A stretch of 64,000 bases of DNA from an uncultured Christensenellaceae bacterium (GCA_910588645.1 CAJUOY010000008.1:8946-72945); one strand, 5' to 3'. Counted from the first letter of the stretch, positions 20,080 to 29,867 are shown. Made by a program: numbers and translations. Notes: generated by a model not told the origin, from the sequence alone.

Positions 20080-21699
20080 TCAGTGTTTGAAATGTCTGTC
20101 GCCTACAAATACCATTGCAATACCCGCAGCGTTACACGCCTCTACAGAAGCTTTATCCTGTATGCTTCCGCCCGGCTGAATTATTGCGGTTATTCCCGCT
20201 TTTACGCATTCCTCAACGCAATCAGGGAAAGGAAAAAACGCATCGGAAGCCATTACAGAGCCTTTTGCTTCCACGCCTGCATGAGCGATAGCCTGTTGAG
20301 CCGCCCATATACGGTTAGTCTGTCCCATACCGATTCCGGTAGTTCTTCCTTGCTTGCCTATGACTATAGCGTTTGACTTCGTATGCTTAACTACTTTCCA
20401 GTTAAAGAGTAAAGCTTCTATCTCCTCTTCCGTAGGAGCGCGATCCGTTACTACTCCCAGGCCGTAGACGGTCTTATGCTTTCCGCTGGGCAATTCGGTA
20501 ACTTCAACTTCCGCTTTCTTCTTTAAAAGCCCTAAATCTTCACCGTGCAAAAGACTTTCGTCGTATTGCTGAACCAAAAGCCCGCCGTATACTTTTTTCA
20601 TATCGAAAGCGGTATTTTCACGCCTTGCTGAAATGTTTTCTATCTGTAAAAGTCTTATATTCTTTTTCTGTTTTAAAACTTCCAAAGCCTCGTCGGCAAA
20701 GTCGGGAGCCATAACTATTTCTATGAATATCTTATTTATTTCAAGCGCGGTATCCTTATCGACAGTACCGTTAATTGCAAGTATTCCGCCGAAAACCGAC
20801 ACGGGATCGCTTTCATACGCCCGCATATATGCTTCGTATACACTGTTTCCTGTACCGACGCCGCAAGGATTTGCATGCTTGCAAGCCACTACCGCAGGAA
20901 CGGAACCGAACTCCTTTAACAGTTCCAAAGCGCCGTTTGCATCGTTGATGTTGTTATAGGAAAGCTCCTTACCCCAAAGCTGCTTTGCCGACGAAAGCGA
21001 ACCTTTACGAATAAACTGTTCGTTATAGAAAACAGCCTGCTGTTGAGGATTTTCACCATAACGCATATCCTGCGCTTTTTCATAAGAAAAAGTAACCTGA
21101 TCGGGGAAAGTAATCCCAAGCTGTGCCGCCAAATAATTTGAAATAAGGCTGTCATATACCGCAGTATGTGCAAATACTTTGTATTGGAGATATTTCTTTG
21201 TCTCAATGGTGACGCCGCCGTTGGCAAGTTCATCAAGAACTTTACCGTAATCGGCAGGATCTACGATAACTGCGACATCCTGATAATTTTTAGCGGCCGC
21301 GCGAATCATAGTAGGTCCGCCGATATCTATATTTTCAATACATTCCGCAAAATCGGCTCCCTTCGCAAGAGTAGCTTTGAAAGGATAGAGATTTACGCAT
21401 ACTATGTCTATAGTATTTATATTTAGCTTTTCAAGTTGCGCCATATGCTCGGGATTGGAACGCATGGCCAATAATCCCGCGTGAATATTGGGATGAAGAG
21501 TTTTTACTCTGCCGTCAAGACATTCGGGGAAACCGGTTATATCGGAAATTCCTATGACCTTTATACCTGCGTCCTTCAACGCCTTAGCCGTTCCGCCAGT
21601 CGAAATAATCTCGAAACCGTTTTCTACAAGTCCTTTGCAAAACTCGACTACGCCAGCTTTGTCAGACACGCTTACAAGCGCTCTCTTTTTCATAACCAT
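20080..21699 (-). CDS. purH: Bifunctional AICAR transformylase / IMP cyclohydrolase
   Basis: [10 protein letters not shown] and GGTAKAL MGS-like domain plus a C-terminal AICARFT domain. Start set to ATG 21699, which has GGAGG 8 nt upstream. The ORF track begins at a TTG at 21717. Confidence 0.95.
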   Translation of the reverse strand: MVMKKRALVSVSDKAGVVEFCKGLVENGFEIISTGGTAKALKDAGIKVIGISDITGFPECLDGRVKTLHPNIHAGLLAMRSNPEHMAQLEKLNINTIDIVCVNLYPFKATLAKGADFAECIENIDIGGPTMIRAAAKNYQDVAVIVDPADYGKVLDELANGGVTIETKKYLQYKVFAHTAVYDSLISNYLAAQLGITFPDQVTFSYEKAQDMRYGENPQQQAVFYNEQFIRKGSLSSAKQLWGKELSYNNINDANGALELLKEFGSVPAVVACKHANPCGVGTGNSVYEAYMRAYESDPVSVFGGILAINGTVDKDTALEINKIFIEIVMAPDFADEALEVLKQKKNIRLLQIENISARRENTAFDMKKVYGGLLVQQYDESLLHGEDLGLLKKKAEVEVTELPSGKHKTVYGLGVVTDRAPTEEEIEALLFNWKVVKHTKSNAIVIGKQGRTTGIGMGQTNRIWAAQQAIAHAGVEAKGSVMASDAFFPFPDCVEECVKAGITAIIQPGGSIQDKASVEACNAAGIAMVFVGDRHFKH

Positions 21700-21713
21700 T
21701 TTAATTTCCTCCG

Positions 21714-22331
21714 TCAATCGATTACGGCAACTTTTCTGCCTGTTTTAATGATTTTTCCCTCGCAAAGCTTTTTGACGCAATAAGGTAAAAGTTTATGCTC
21801 TTCCGCCAAGATGCGACTTTGAAGACTTTCCGCGGTATCGTCCGTTTTTACCTCTACGGCTCTCTGCGCGATAATCGCGCCGCCGTCGGGAACTTCGTTC
21901 ACAAAATGTACGGTACATCCCGAAATTTTAACTCCACTGTCTACGACTGCCTGATGCACTTTTAAACCGTAATAACCTTCGCCGCAAAAAGCAGGTATAA
22001 GCGAAGGATGAATATTTATTATTTTGTCCTCGAAAGCTTTTACAAAACTTTCGGGGATAATTTTAAGCCAGCCGGCCAACACTATGTAATCAACTCTGTT
22101 TAAATTGAGGTAATAGGTCAATTTTTTATATAGCTCTTCCAGATCGGGATAATCTTTTTTGGAAAATACGGCCGTAGATATATTGTGTTTTAACGCACGG
22201 TCTATGGCGCCTATTCCCGACTTAGAAGCAATAAGACAAACTATGTCGCAAAACCGTACGCGCTCGTTCGCGTCGATTATAGATTGAAAATCCGTTCCTC
22301 CGCCTGAGGCGAATACGGCTATGCGTTTCAT
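21714..22331 (-). CDS. purN: Phosphoribosylglycinamide formyltransferase
   Basis: 205 aa. [15 protein letters not shown] and GCTVHFV motifs. Confidence 0.9.
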   Translation of the reverse strand: MKRIAVFASGGGTDFQSIIDANERVRFCDIVCLIASKSGIGAIDRALKHNISTAVFSKKDYPDLEELYKKLTYYLNLNRVDYIVLAGWLKIIPESFVKAFEDKIINIHPSLIPAFCGEGYYGLKVHQAVVDSGVKISGCTVHFVNEVPDGGAIIAQRAVEVKTDDTAESLQSRILAEEHKLLPYCVKKLCEGKIIKTGRKVAVID

Positions 22332-23350
22332 TTAAGTTTTACCCCTTTGCCTTTGACGGTCCTGCCGAGTATAACGCAGTCCTCTCCCGTCTTTTCAAGC
22401 TGCTTTATGGTTACGTCTACGTCTTTGGGATCGACACAAACGACCATACCTATACCCATATTGAAAGTGTTATATATCTGCTCATCCGAGATGTTGGCAC
22501 GCTTTTGCATTACCTTGAATACCGCCGGAACTTCGTATGAATTGATGTCTATTTCACAGCCGATACCTTCGGGGAATATACGGGGAATATTCTCGATAAA
22601 TCCACCACCCGTAATATGGGCAATACCTTTAACCTTTACCACGTTTATGAGCGATAAGATGCTGTTTACATATATCTTTGTAGGTGTAAGCAATACATCG
22701 ATAGGACAAGCGCCGAGTTCCTCGTCATAAATCCTTAACTTTGAAATATCTTCGCCCCAAAGTTTGCGGACCAACGAATAGCCGTTGGAGTGAATGCCGC
22801 TCGACTTGATTCCTATAAGTATATCACCCTTTTTAATATTACTGCCATTTATTATCTTCTTTTTATCGACCACGCCGACCGCGAAACCTGCGATGTCGTA
22901 ATCGCCTTCGGGATAGAATCCCGGCATTTCGGCCGTTTCTCCGCCTATTAGCGCCGCGCCCGACTGACGGCATCCCTTGGCAACGCCGGATACTACCGTG
23001 GCAACTTTTTCGGGGCTGAGCGCACCCGTTGCAAAATAATCGAGAAAGAACAACGGCTTTGCGCCCTGACAGATTATATCGTTGACGCACATTGCCACAG
23101 CGTCTATACCTATCGTATCGTGCTTGTCAGCGATTATAGCGTATTTAAGCTTTGTGCCGACGCCGTCCGTACCGGCAACAAGCACGGGATTTTTAATCTT
23201 GGGCATTTTAAAAAATCCGCCGAACGAACCGAGGTCTCCGAGAACGCCTTCGGTATATGTAGATTTTACATATTTTTTCATCAGTTTTACGGCTTCGTAC
23301 CCTCTCTCTACGTCGACTCCGCTGTCCTTATATGAAATTGAATTAGCCAT
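22328..23350 (-). CDS. purM: Phosphoribosylformylglycinamidine cyclo-ligase (AIR synthetase)
   Basis: 340 aa. SYKDSGVD, DGVGTKL and IAHITGGG motifs. Confidence 0.95.
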   Translation of the reverse strand: MANSISYKDSGVDVERGYEAVKLMKKYVKSTYTEGVLGDLGSFGGFFKMPKIKNPVLVAGTDGVGTKLKYAIIADKHDTIGIDAVAMCVNDIICQGAKPLFFLDYFATGALSPEKVATVVSGVAKGCRQSGAALIGGETAEMPGFYPEGDYDIAGFAVGVVDKKKIINGSNIKKGDILIGIKSSGIHSNGYSLVRKLWGEDISKLRIYDEELGACPIDVLLTPTKIYVNSILSLINVVKVKGIAHITGGGFIENIPRIFPEGIGCEIDINSYEVPAVFKVMQKRANISDEQIYNTFNMGIGMVVCVDPKDVDVTIKQLEKTGEDCVILGRTVKGKGVKLK

Positions 23351-23371
23351 TTTTATCTCCGATTTATTTTT

Positions 23372-24799
23372 CTATTCGAGTTTGAGTTTATCCGCTTTAT
23401 ATCCTGCAAGCGGGTAGGGATATTCGCCGTTGAAACAGCCGAGACAAAATCCCGTTTTTGCCCCTTCACAAGTGCTCAAAAGCTGATCTATCGTAAGATA
23501 TCTTACGCTGTCCGCGCCGAGACTTTCGCAAATCTGATCTTCGTTTTTATACGCGCCTATAAGTTGCGAATAAGTCTGTATATCTATACCGAGATGACAG
23601 GGATGTTTTATTACGGGAGAACATATACGAATATGTACTTCCTTTGCCCCTGCATCCCTTAACATCTTTATGATTTTTCTCATTGTCGTACCACGGACAA
23701 TGGAATCGTCTATAAGTACTACTCGTTTGCCACGTACGTTTCCGCGCAATGCGTTCATTTTTACGTTCAGACTGTTCTCACGCTGGCGCTGATCGGGCTG
23801 AATAAACGTACGCCCCACGTATCTGTTACGGGCGAGAGCTTCAACAAAAGGTATACCGCTCTCCTCCGAATATCCGCGCGCGGCGACGTTGCCCGAATCG
23901 GGCACGCCCGAAACAAGATCAGCTTCAACGGGAAAATGCCTTGCAAGAAGTTTTCCGGCTTCCTTTCTTGCCTCATATACGCTCAAACCGTCCAGAACGG
24001 AATCGTGACGTGCAAAATAGACGTATTCGAAAATACACATACGCGACTGCGCAGGGACGCCTTCCATCATATGGGAATGAATTCCTTCGCTGTCAACAAC
24101 TACTATTTCACCCGGTTTTACGTCACGCAGAAAGTTGGCGCCTACCGCATCGAGAGCGCAAGTTTCACTTGCAACAACTACGTCGCTGTCGGCCATTCCT
24201 ATGCATAAAGGACGTATGCCGTAAGGATCACGTACGGCTATGAGTTTATCGCAAGTCATTATAACAAGGGCATATGATCCCTTTAACTTGAGACACGCAG
24301 ATTTAACGCCGTTCAAAAGATCGCCGTCGGATAAGCTGTTGATGAGTATTGCTATTACTTCCGAATCAATGGTAGTCTGGAATACCGCGTTCTGCGCAAT
24401 GAGTTCATCGCGCAACTGCTTGGTATTGGTCAGATTACCGTTGTGAGCGACCGCCATTTTACCGCATTTGCCCGTAAATACAACGGGCTGTGCGTTTAAC
24501 AGCTGACTTGCGCCCGTAGTGGAATAGCGCACGTGTCCTATAGCTATATCGCCTTCAGGCAAGCTGTCGATATGACCGTTCGCAAACACGTCGGAAACCA
24601 ATCCCATTCCCTTGTAATAAGTTATTTTATCGGCAAATGCTACCGCTATGCCGCCCGATTCCTGCCCTCTATGTTGCAGGGCATAAAGGCCGTAGTATAC
24701 GGTGTGAGCTACGTTTCTGTTCTCCTGAGAATAGACTCCGAATACTCCGCACTCCTCTTCCATACTGTCAAACGGCGCTTTTTTTGTTCTTAAATACAT
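23372..24799 (-). CDS. purF: Amidophosphoribosyltransferase
   Basis: 475 aa. Propeptide followed by the catalytic CGVFGV, then a PRTase motif VVLIDDSIVRGTT and C-terminal Cys ligands. Confidence 0.95.
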   Translation of the reverse strand: MYLRTKKAPFDSMEEECGVFGVYSQENRNVAHTVYYGLYALQHRGQESGGIAVAFADKITYYKGMGLVSDVFANGHIDSLPEGDIAIGHVRYSTTGASQLLNAQPVVFTGKCGKMAVAHNGNLTNTKQLRDELIAQNAVFQTTIDSEVIAILINSLSDGDLLNGVKSACLKLKGSYALVIMTCDKLIAVRDPYGIRPLCIGMADSDVVVASETCALDAVGANFLRDVKPGEIVVVDSEGIHSHMMEGVPAQSRMCIFEYVYFARHDSVLDGLSVYEARKEAGKLLARHFPVEADLVSGVPDSGNVAARGYSEESGIPFVEALARNRYVGRTFIQPDQRQRENSLNVKMNALRGNVRGKRVVLIDDSIVRGTTMRKIIKMLRDAGAKEVHIRICSPVIKHPCHLGIDIQTYSQLIGAYKNEDQICESLGADSVRYLTIDQLLSTCEGAKTGFCLGCFNGEYPYPLAGYKADKLKLE

Positions 24800-24816
24800 A
24801 GATCTTCCTTAAAGAT

Positions 24817-25536
24817 TTATTTGCTGATTCTCTTGAATATTTCTTCGTAAGCATCTTCCACTCCACCGAGATCGCGGCGGAACCTATCTTTATCGAGACT
24901 GACGTGCTTTGTGGTGTCCCAACTACCCGCTTCCCAGAAACGACAGGTATCGGGCGAGATTTCATCCGCAAGCACGATCTGCCCTTTGAATCTGCCGAAT
25001 TCGAGTTTGAAGTCAATGAGATCGATGTTGAGTTCCTTGAAGAATTCCTTCATCGCCTCGTTTACGGCAAACGCCATTTTCTTAATCGTTTCGATCTCTT
25101 CAACCGAAGCAAGACCGAGAGCGAGCGCGTGATAGTCGTTAATAAGGGGATCACCCAAATCGTCATTTTTATACGAAAATTCTATCGTAGGAGCTTTGAA
25201 AGCAGTTCCCTCCGCTACGCCGTATCTCTTTGAAAAACTGCCTGCTGCAACGTTTCTTATAATAACTTCGAGAGGAACGATTTCCACTTTTTTAACTATT
25301 GTATTTCTGTCGTCGATCTGCTCTATCAAATGAGTGGGTATGCCTTTCTTTTCAAGCATAGACATCATCATATTGCTCATCTTGTTGTTGATGACGCCTT
25401 TGCCTGCGATCGTTCCCTTTTTAAGGCCGTTGAAAGCCGTAGCATCGTCTTTATAAGATACGATTACGTAATCGGGATTTTCGGTTGCATAGACTTTTTT
25501 TGCCTTGCCTTCGTAAAGCTGTTCCTTTTTCTCCAT
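24817..25536 (-). CDS. purC: SAICAR synthetase
   Basis: [11 protein letters not shown]-terminal signature. Start trimmed to ATG 25536, which has GGAG 7 nt upstream. Confidence 0.95.
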   Translation of the reverse strand: MEKKEQLYEGKAKKVYATENPDYVIVSYKDDATAFNGLKKGTIAGKGVINNKMSNMMMSMLEKKGIPTHLIEQIDDRNTIVKKVEIVPLEVIIRNVAAGSFSKRYGVAEGTAFKAPTIEFSYKNDDLGDPLINDYHALALGLASVEEIETIKKMAFAVNEAMKEFFKELNIDLIDFKLEFGRFKGQIVLADEISPDTCRFWEAGSWDTTKHVSLDKDRFRRDLGGVEDAYEEIFKRISK

Positions 25537-25592
25537 TTTTTTACTCCTTAAACTTTTCACCGTTTTACGGCATTTTTTCTGAAAAATATGAA

Positions 25593-25614
25593 TACCCGCA
25601 AGGGTATGCGGGTA
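25593..25614 (-). terminator. Hairpin between purE and purC (possible partial terminator or processing site)
   Basis: 8-bp stem tacccgca / tgcgggta with a 6-nt loop. On the minus strand it is followed by ttcatattttt. Confidence 0.3.
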
Positions 25615-25616
25615 CT

Positions 25617-26114
25617 TTAAATCAGCTCCGTTTCTTTTTGCAGAGCTAAATCGTCGGAATTTATTTTTTCTCTCATTTTTAATTTATAGTCGTAAAGTTT
25701 CTCGTTTATTTCGGGATATTTGACACCGAGAATTTGCAAAGCAAGAAGCCCCGCATTTTCGCCTGCGTTTACTCCCACAGTAGCTACGGGAATACCGGAA
25801 GGCATCTGAACTATAGACAGCAAGCTGTCCAATCCTCCCATCATATCCGTTTTAACGGGCAAACCTATTACGGGCAGAGCGGTAACGGACGCAATAACCC
25901 CTCCGAGATGAGCGGCCTTCCCCGCGGCGCATATTATGACCTCGAAACCGTTCTTTTGCGCGTCTGCCGAAAATGCGTGCGCCTCCTCAGGCGTGCGATG
26001 TGCCGATATAACTCTTACTTCGACTTCAACCCCGAAGCTTTTAATTACGCTTACCGCAGGTTTTACAACGCTGAAATCAGACTTACTGCCCATTAAAATA
26101 GCTATCTTAGGCAT
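25617..26114 (-). CDS. purE: 5-(carboxyamino)imidazole ribonucleotide mutase (class I signature)
   Basis: 165 aa. GSKSD and SAHRTPEE motifs. Confidence 0.95.
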   Translation of the reverse strand: MPKIAILMGSKSDFSVVKPAVSVIKSFGVEVEVRVISAHRTPEEAHAFSADAQKNGFEVIICAAGKAAHLGGVIASVTALPVIGLPVKTDMMGGLDSLLSIVQMPSGIPVATVGVNAGENAGLLALQILGVKYPEINEKLYDYKLKMREKINSDDLALQKETELI

Positions 26115-26164
26115 TTTATCACTCCGTATAGTTTGATTTACTTTATATTAGCCATACTTAAAGT

Positions 26165-26467
26165 ATGATACTTCTGTATATTATCTTCTCGGTATATATT
26201 CTGGCTGTAAATTTTTACGCAGTTGTACTGATAAAATCTCAAAAAGATGAGTTCGGTACCGAAGACAACAAGCCTACGGGCGACGGAAAACTCATACTTA
26301 CGGCCATTTTAGGCGGCGCGCTGGCAATTTATATAAGTATGTTCGTAATGCGCTATCGGCTTAAAAACATTTTACTTATGGTTTTACTGCCCGTTATCGC
26401 CGTTCTGAATATATGGTTTTTTTACCTTGCTTACCGTTCGGGATTTACCTTTATGGTAGTAGGATAA
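26165..26467 (+). CDS. Small membrane protein, DUF1294-like
   Basis: 100 aa with three hydrophobic helices. The LGGALAIYISMFVMRYRLKN segment resembles the DUF1294 GG...HK motif. It is the only sizeable ORF in this gap. No clear SD. Confidence 0.5.
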   Translation: MILLYIIFSVYILAVNFYAVVLIKSQKDEFGTEDNKPTGDGKLILTAILGGALAIYISMFVMRYRLKNILLMVLLPVIAVLNIWFFYLAYRSGFTFMVVG

Positions 26468-26614
26468 TCCCTTATTTGCAAATGATGATTTAATTATAAC
26501 ACAACATATTGATAAAGAAAACCTTTTAAAAACACATTTTCAAAAATTTAAAAGTAAAAATTTTACTTTTTTATTCTCAAATACTTGACAAACCCGAATT
26601 TATATATAATAGCC

Positions 26615-26657
26615 AAAAAAGAACGGCCGTGCGCTCTATGTACACGGCCTTGTTTTT
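26615..26657. terminator. Bidirectional intrinsic terminator (mscL / DUF1294 gene)
   Basis: Stem ggccgtg / cacggcc flanked by an A-run on the left and a T-run on the right, between convergent genes. Confidence 0.6.
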
Positions 26658-27169
26658 TATTCTTTATCCGTTTTAGACGCCTTTAAAAGGTCCCTTATTT
26701 CCGCAAGCAACTCCTCCGTGGTAACGGCGGGAACGACAGGCGCGGGTGCAGGCGCAGGTTCAGCAACGACCTCTTCCGCAACGGGTTCACCGTCTTTATT
26801 CTTTTTGCGCGATTCTTTAAGCTTTTCACCCCTTGCGCGGGCAGAATTTACAGCCTTTACGATTATAAACAACACAAAAGCCGTTATAAGGAATGAAATT
26901 ACAGCGGATATCACAGCGCCGAAATCTATTACGAGTGCTGGAGTGATTACAGCATTTGTTTCGGGATCAATCACCGCCGCTCTCAAAACAACCTGCAATG
27001 CACCCGTGTTGTCCGCTCCTGGTATCCAGTTAATCAACGGCGTAAGAATATTGCCTACAAGCGCAGTAATAATCGCAGTAAACGCGCCGCCTACTATGAT
27101 ACCTACCGCCATATCCAGGACGTTGCCGCGGGTTATGAATTCTTTAAATTCCTTAAAAAACTTTTTCAT
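26657..27169 (-). CDS. mscL: Large-conductance mechanosensitive channel
   Basis: 170 aa. FKEFITRGNVLDMAVGIIVGGAF is near-consensus MscL. Carries a PAPAPAP-containing C-terminal extension. Confidence 0.9.
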   Translation of the reverse strand: MKKFFKEFKEFITRGNVLDMAVGIIVGGAFTAIITALVGNILTPLINWIPGADNTGALQVVLRAAVIDPETNAVITPALVIDFGAVISAVISFLITAFVLFIIVKAVNSARARGEKLKESRKKNKDGEPVAEEVVAEPAPAPAPVVPAVTTEELLAEIRDLLKASKTDKE

Positions 27170-27224
27170 ATAAAACTCCCGTTAAATCTTTATAAATTAA
27201 TTATAAATAACGTAATTACCATTG

Positions 27225-27854
27225 TCAAGTATCGAGCAATAAAGAAACTATGCCATCACGAGATATTTTTTCTTTAACCGCGTCAAACGCTATTTTTCCA
27301 TCCTTTAAAACGATAATCCTGTCGGCGAAAAATATCGCTTCATCCACGTCGTGCGTTACAATCAAAGTTGTTTTTGCAGAGCTTTTTTGCCAATCTTTAT
27401 AGAGCAGAGAAATATCTCTTTTCAACTTCATATCCAACGACGAAAACGGTTCATCCATAAGAATGATGTCGCTATCGGCCAGCATCGCTCTTGCAAGAGA
27501 GACACGTTGAGCCTGTCCGCCTGAAAGGCTTATGGGATAACTGTTTCTTTTATCTCTTATAAAAAGACCGTCGAGTATTTCCTTAATATTGTTATCGTCG
27601 GAACAAACAAGTTTAAGATTGTTATAAACAGTCAAATTAGGCACCAACCGCGGCGTCTGAAAAACGTAAGAACATTTTACCCCAGATATTTCACCCACAA
27701 AATCGGTTATCCCCGCTATACAGCTCAACAGTGTAGTCTTACCACTGCCGCTTTCACCTAAAATGCAAGTTATTTCACCTTCGTTTATATCGAGCGAAAA
27801 ATTTTCGTAAACGGTATTTTCTCCGTATTTTTTTGTCAGATTTTCTATTCTCAT
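27225..27854 (-). CDS. ABC transporter ATP-binding protein (NitT/TauT family)
   Basis: Walker A GESGSGKTT, signature LSGGQAQRV and Walker B ILMDEP. Start trimmed to ATG 27854, which overlaps the permease stop (ATGA). Confidence 0.85.
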   Translation of the reverse strand: MRIENLTKKYGENTVYENFSLDINEGEITCILGESGSGKTTLLSCIAGITDFVGEISGVKCSYVFQTPRLVPNLTVYNNLKLVCSDDNNIKEILDGLFIRDKRNSYPISLSGGQAQRVSLARAMLADSDIILMDEPFSSLDMKLKRDISLLYKDWQKSSAKTTLIVTHDVDEAIFFADRIIVLKDGKIAFDAVKEKISRDGIVSLLLDT

Positions 27855-28627
27855 AAAGGCGAACTCTCCCGCCACTTTGCGTTTACTCTTTTAAACTGTG
27901 AAAAAGACACGTCGATTATTAGGCCTGCAAATACGGCGGCAAGAGTTAACGCCGCCAACCGCGGCATATCCGTATAAAACCTGGCGTCCTGCATTAACCC
28001 GCCCAAACTGCCGAAAGTGTTGGATAAAACTTCCGCAGAGATCATTACTTTCAAACCCAGTGAAATGTCAGCGCCCACTTGTACGAATAGATCCGGCGTT
28101 ATCTGCGGCAAATATATTTTAGTAAACCGCTCTTTAACAGGGATTTTATAAACAACAGCCATTTGAATTATGTCCCCGTCTATACCGTCGATTGCCGCTT
28201 CCGCCTGAGAATATATAACAGGAAACAACATCATAACCGTAACTATCATTGGCGCAATAGCTGCATTTGTCCAAACCAAAATTATAAGCATAACGGCAAG
28301 CGCGGGCAAGGTGCGCAAAACAACGATAACGGGCCGAACCAATCCTTTAAAAATTTTGCTCAGAGCCGATAAAACGGAAAAAGAAACGCCAAAAATAAAT
28401 GATATAACGAAGGAACCCAACGTTCTTAAAAAAGTAACGCAAAAAGCAAGCCAGAACTCCCCTTCTCCCAAGCAGATAAAAAAGCTTTTAACAGAATCCC
28501 AAAACGACGGAATTACAAAGTCATTCCTTACGGAATAGTAAGCCGCAATCCAGACCACCCACATTATAATTACGGACAGTATGGAAAGTAATATAGTGTC
28601 TTTACGTTTAATAAAAAAATTCTTCAA
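27851..28627 (-). CDS. ABC transporter permease (SsuC/TauC-like)
   Basis: 258 aa polytopic membrane protein, overlapping its neighbours at both ends. Confidence 0.85.
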   Translation of the reverse strand: MKNFFIKRKDTILLSILSVIIMWVVWIAAYYSVRNDFVIPSFWDSVKSFFICLGEGEFWLAFCVTFLRTLGSFVISFIFGVSFSVLSALSKIFKGLVRPVIVVLRTLPALAVMLIILVWTNAAIAPMIVTVMMLFPVIYSQAEAAIDGIDGDIIQMAVVYKIPVKERFTKIYLPQITPDLFVQVGADISLGLKVMISAEVLSNTFGSLGGLMQDARFYTDMPRLAALTLAAVFAGLIIDVSFSQFKRVNAKWRESSPL

Positions 28628-29613
28628 TTTGTCTTGTATCCCGAAAAGAATTTATCTGACGGAGAGCCGAACGAATTTTCACTCACTCCGTTGAGTTTTT
28701 CTATGAATTGTTTTATTTCTTCTTTGCAAGCGTCAGCACGGACAAAGTTTACCGAACAATTCTTTATTACGGACAGCGATAAATTTTGAACAGTCAAGGC
28801 AGGCTGCATTCCCGGAGCCAAATGGGATTTAACGGCTTCCGCAATCTCTTGTATTGACGTGCTTTCATCCGTAATCCAGTCTCCGCTCTTTTCAAGCGCG
28901 GAGGTAAACTCATCCAAAAAAGCCCCTCCAAGTTCACTTTTTGCAACAACGACAGCTTGAGGATAACCGACCTCACCTCCGTACAGCGCTTGTATATCGC
29001 CTGAAAATTCAAGATCTTTAACGGCGTTTACTTTTGCGCTTGCGGCGGGTTCGGGCACTACAAAGTAGTCTATATCATCTCTCAGTCCGACTTCCTGCGC
29101 GGTTATAGCCATATGTTTTACCGAATCCGTTAACCCGTATTCTTTCAAAATCAACTTAACTGTTAATCCGGGGACTTGAGCAAGATTGGCCACGCCAACT
29201 GTTTTATCCTTTAAATCCGATATATTATTTGGGGTAATGATCTTATTCTCTTTTGAAAGCAAATATAAATTTCCGTGCGTAAGCGTTCCCAAAAGCCTGT
29301 AACGCTCTCCGTTGCCCAATAACTTGACTGCAAGGTTTACGGGCAAAACGCAAACATCGGCCGCAGGATTTCTGCCGCTTACGTAAGTTTGTATGACCAA
29401 AGGATCCACAACGTGGTATTCGGTGTTGAAATTTTCAAACTTCTCCTTTCCCGCAAGAAGATTCGATATACCCAAAGCCGGCGCGCCGTCGGGAGAATAG
29501 ACGCTTATCCGCGGCGACGTATTACCCGTTTTTACACAAGCAGAAACACACACCGCAACAAACATTGCCGCAAAGACCAAAGCCAACGCCGTAAATATTT
29601 TTTTCATAAACAC
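28624..29613 (-). CDS. ABC transporter substrate-binding lipoprotein (NMT1/THI5-like fold)
   Basis: 329 aa. Signal peptide with lipobox-like VSAC. Periplasmic-binding-protein-like sequence in an operon with the permease and ATPase. Confidence 0.8.
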   Translation of the reverse strand: MFMKKIFTALALVFAAMFVAVCVSACVKTGNTSPRISVYSPDGAPALGISNLLAGKEKFENFNTEYHVVDPLVIQTYVSGRNPAADVCVLPVNLAVKLLGNGERYRLLGTLTHGNLYLLSKENKIITPNNISDLKDKTVGVANLAQVPGLTVKLILKEYGLTDSVKHMAITAQEVGLRDDIDYFVVPEPAASAKVNAVKDLEFSGDIQALYGGEVGYPQAVVVAKSELGGAFLDEFTSALEKSGDWITDESTSIQEIAEAVKSHLAPGMQPALTVQNLSLSVIKNCSVNFVRADACKEEIKQFIEKLNGVSENSFGSPSDKFFSGYKTN

Positions 29614-29618
29614 CTTCC

Positions 29619-29867
29619 TTAAGCTTTATGCATAAGCGTTTTTGCAGTAACGCCGTCAAGCATACCTATTTTCCCTGTTAGTTTATTGATAATCTCCGAC
29701 GGAGCATCAATAACTACTGAAATTATCGCCACTTTTTTAGCCCTGTAAGGCACGCCCATACGGCCGATTATGTAATCGGCAAATTCGGATAAAACCGTAT
29801 TGATATCCAAACTTTTGGACTTGTTTTCCACAATAATACTTATAACCGCAAGTCTGTTTTCCGACAT
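29619..29867 (-). CDS. Small ACT/NikR-C-like regulatory protein (TM1266-like family)
   Basis: 82 aa from ATG 29867. LAVISIIVENKSKSLDINTVLSEFADYIIGRMGVPYRAKKVAIISVVIDAP resembles the TM1266-type ACT-like family. The ORF-track N-terminal extension runs through a leader hairpin. Confidence 0.65.
   Translation of the reverse strand: MSENRLAVISIIVENKSKSLDINTVLSEFADYIIGRMGVPYRAKKVAIISVVIDAPSEIINKLTGKIGMLDGVTAKTLMHKA

Noticed and set aside
22863-23090. 75-aa Arg-rich minus-strand ORF and other alternative-frame ORFs within purM, purF and the ZIP gene (for example 63176..63559)
   Set aside because: They are out-of-frame overlaps with strongly supported genes. The Arg/Gly-rich composition is typical of off-frame GC-rich codons.
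26149-26163. 6-3-6 inverted repeat catact-taa-agtatg between purE and the divergent ORF as a PurR operator
   Set aside because: It does not resemble the Bacillota PurBox (AWWWCCGAACWWT). It is also too short to be significant on its own. It is mentioned under the purE finding only.
26550-26570. 21-bp near-perfect AT-only palindrome aaaagtaaaa-a-ttttactttt
   Set aside because: It lies in a very AT-rich spacer, and such palindromes arise easily by chance. At most it is a weak terminator for the upstream small gene. I have no evidence that it is an operator.
26585-26610. TTGACA ... TATAAT on the plus strand in the DUF1294/mscL intergenic region
   Set aside because: The spacer is only 14 nt. 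The putative promoter would also fire straight into a bidirectional terminator and the convergent mscL gene, with no downstream ORF or structured RNA.
26115-26660. Purine or ZTP riboswitch upstream of purE
   Set aside because: I read both strands and found no UAUAAU...GGAUAUGG...CCGUAAAU-type guanine/adenine aptamer and no pfl/ZTP motif. The space before the divergent ORF is only about 50 nt.
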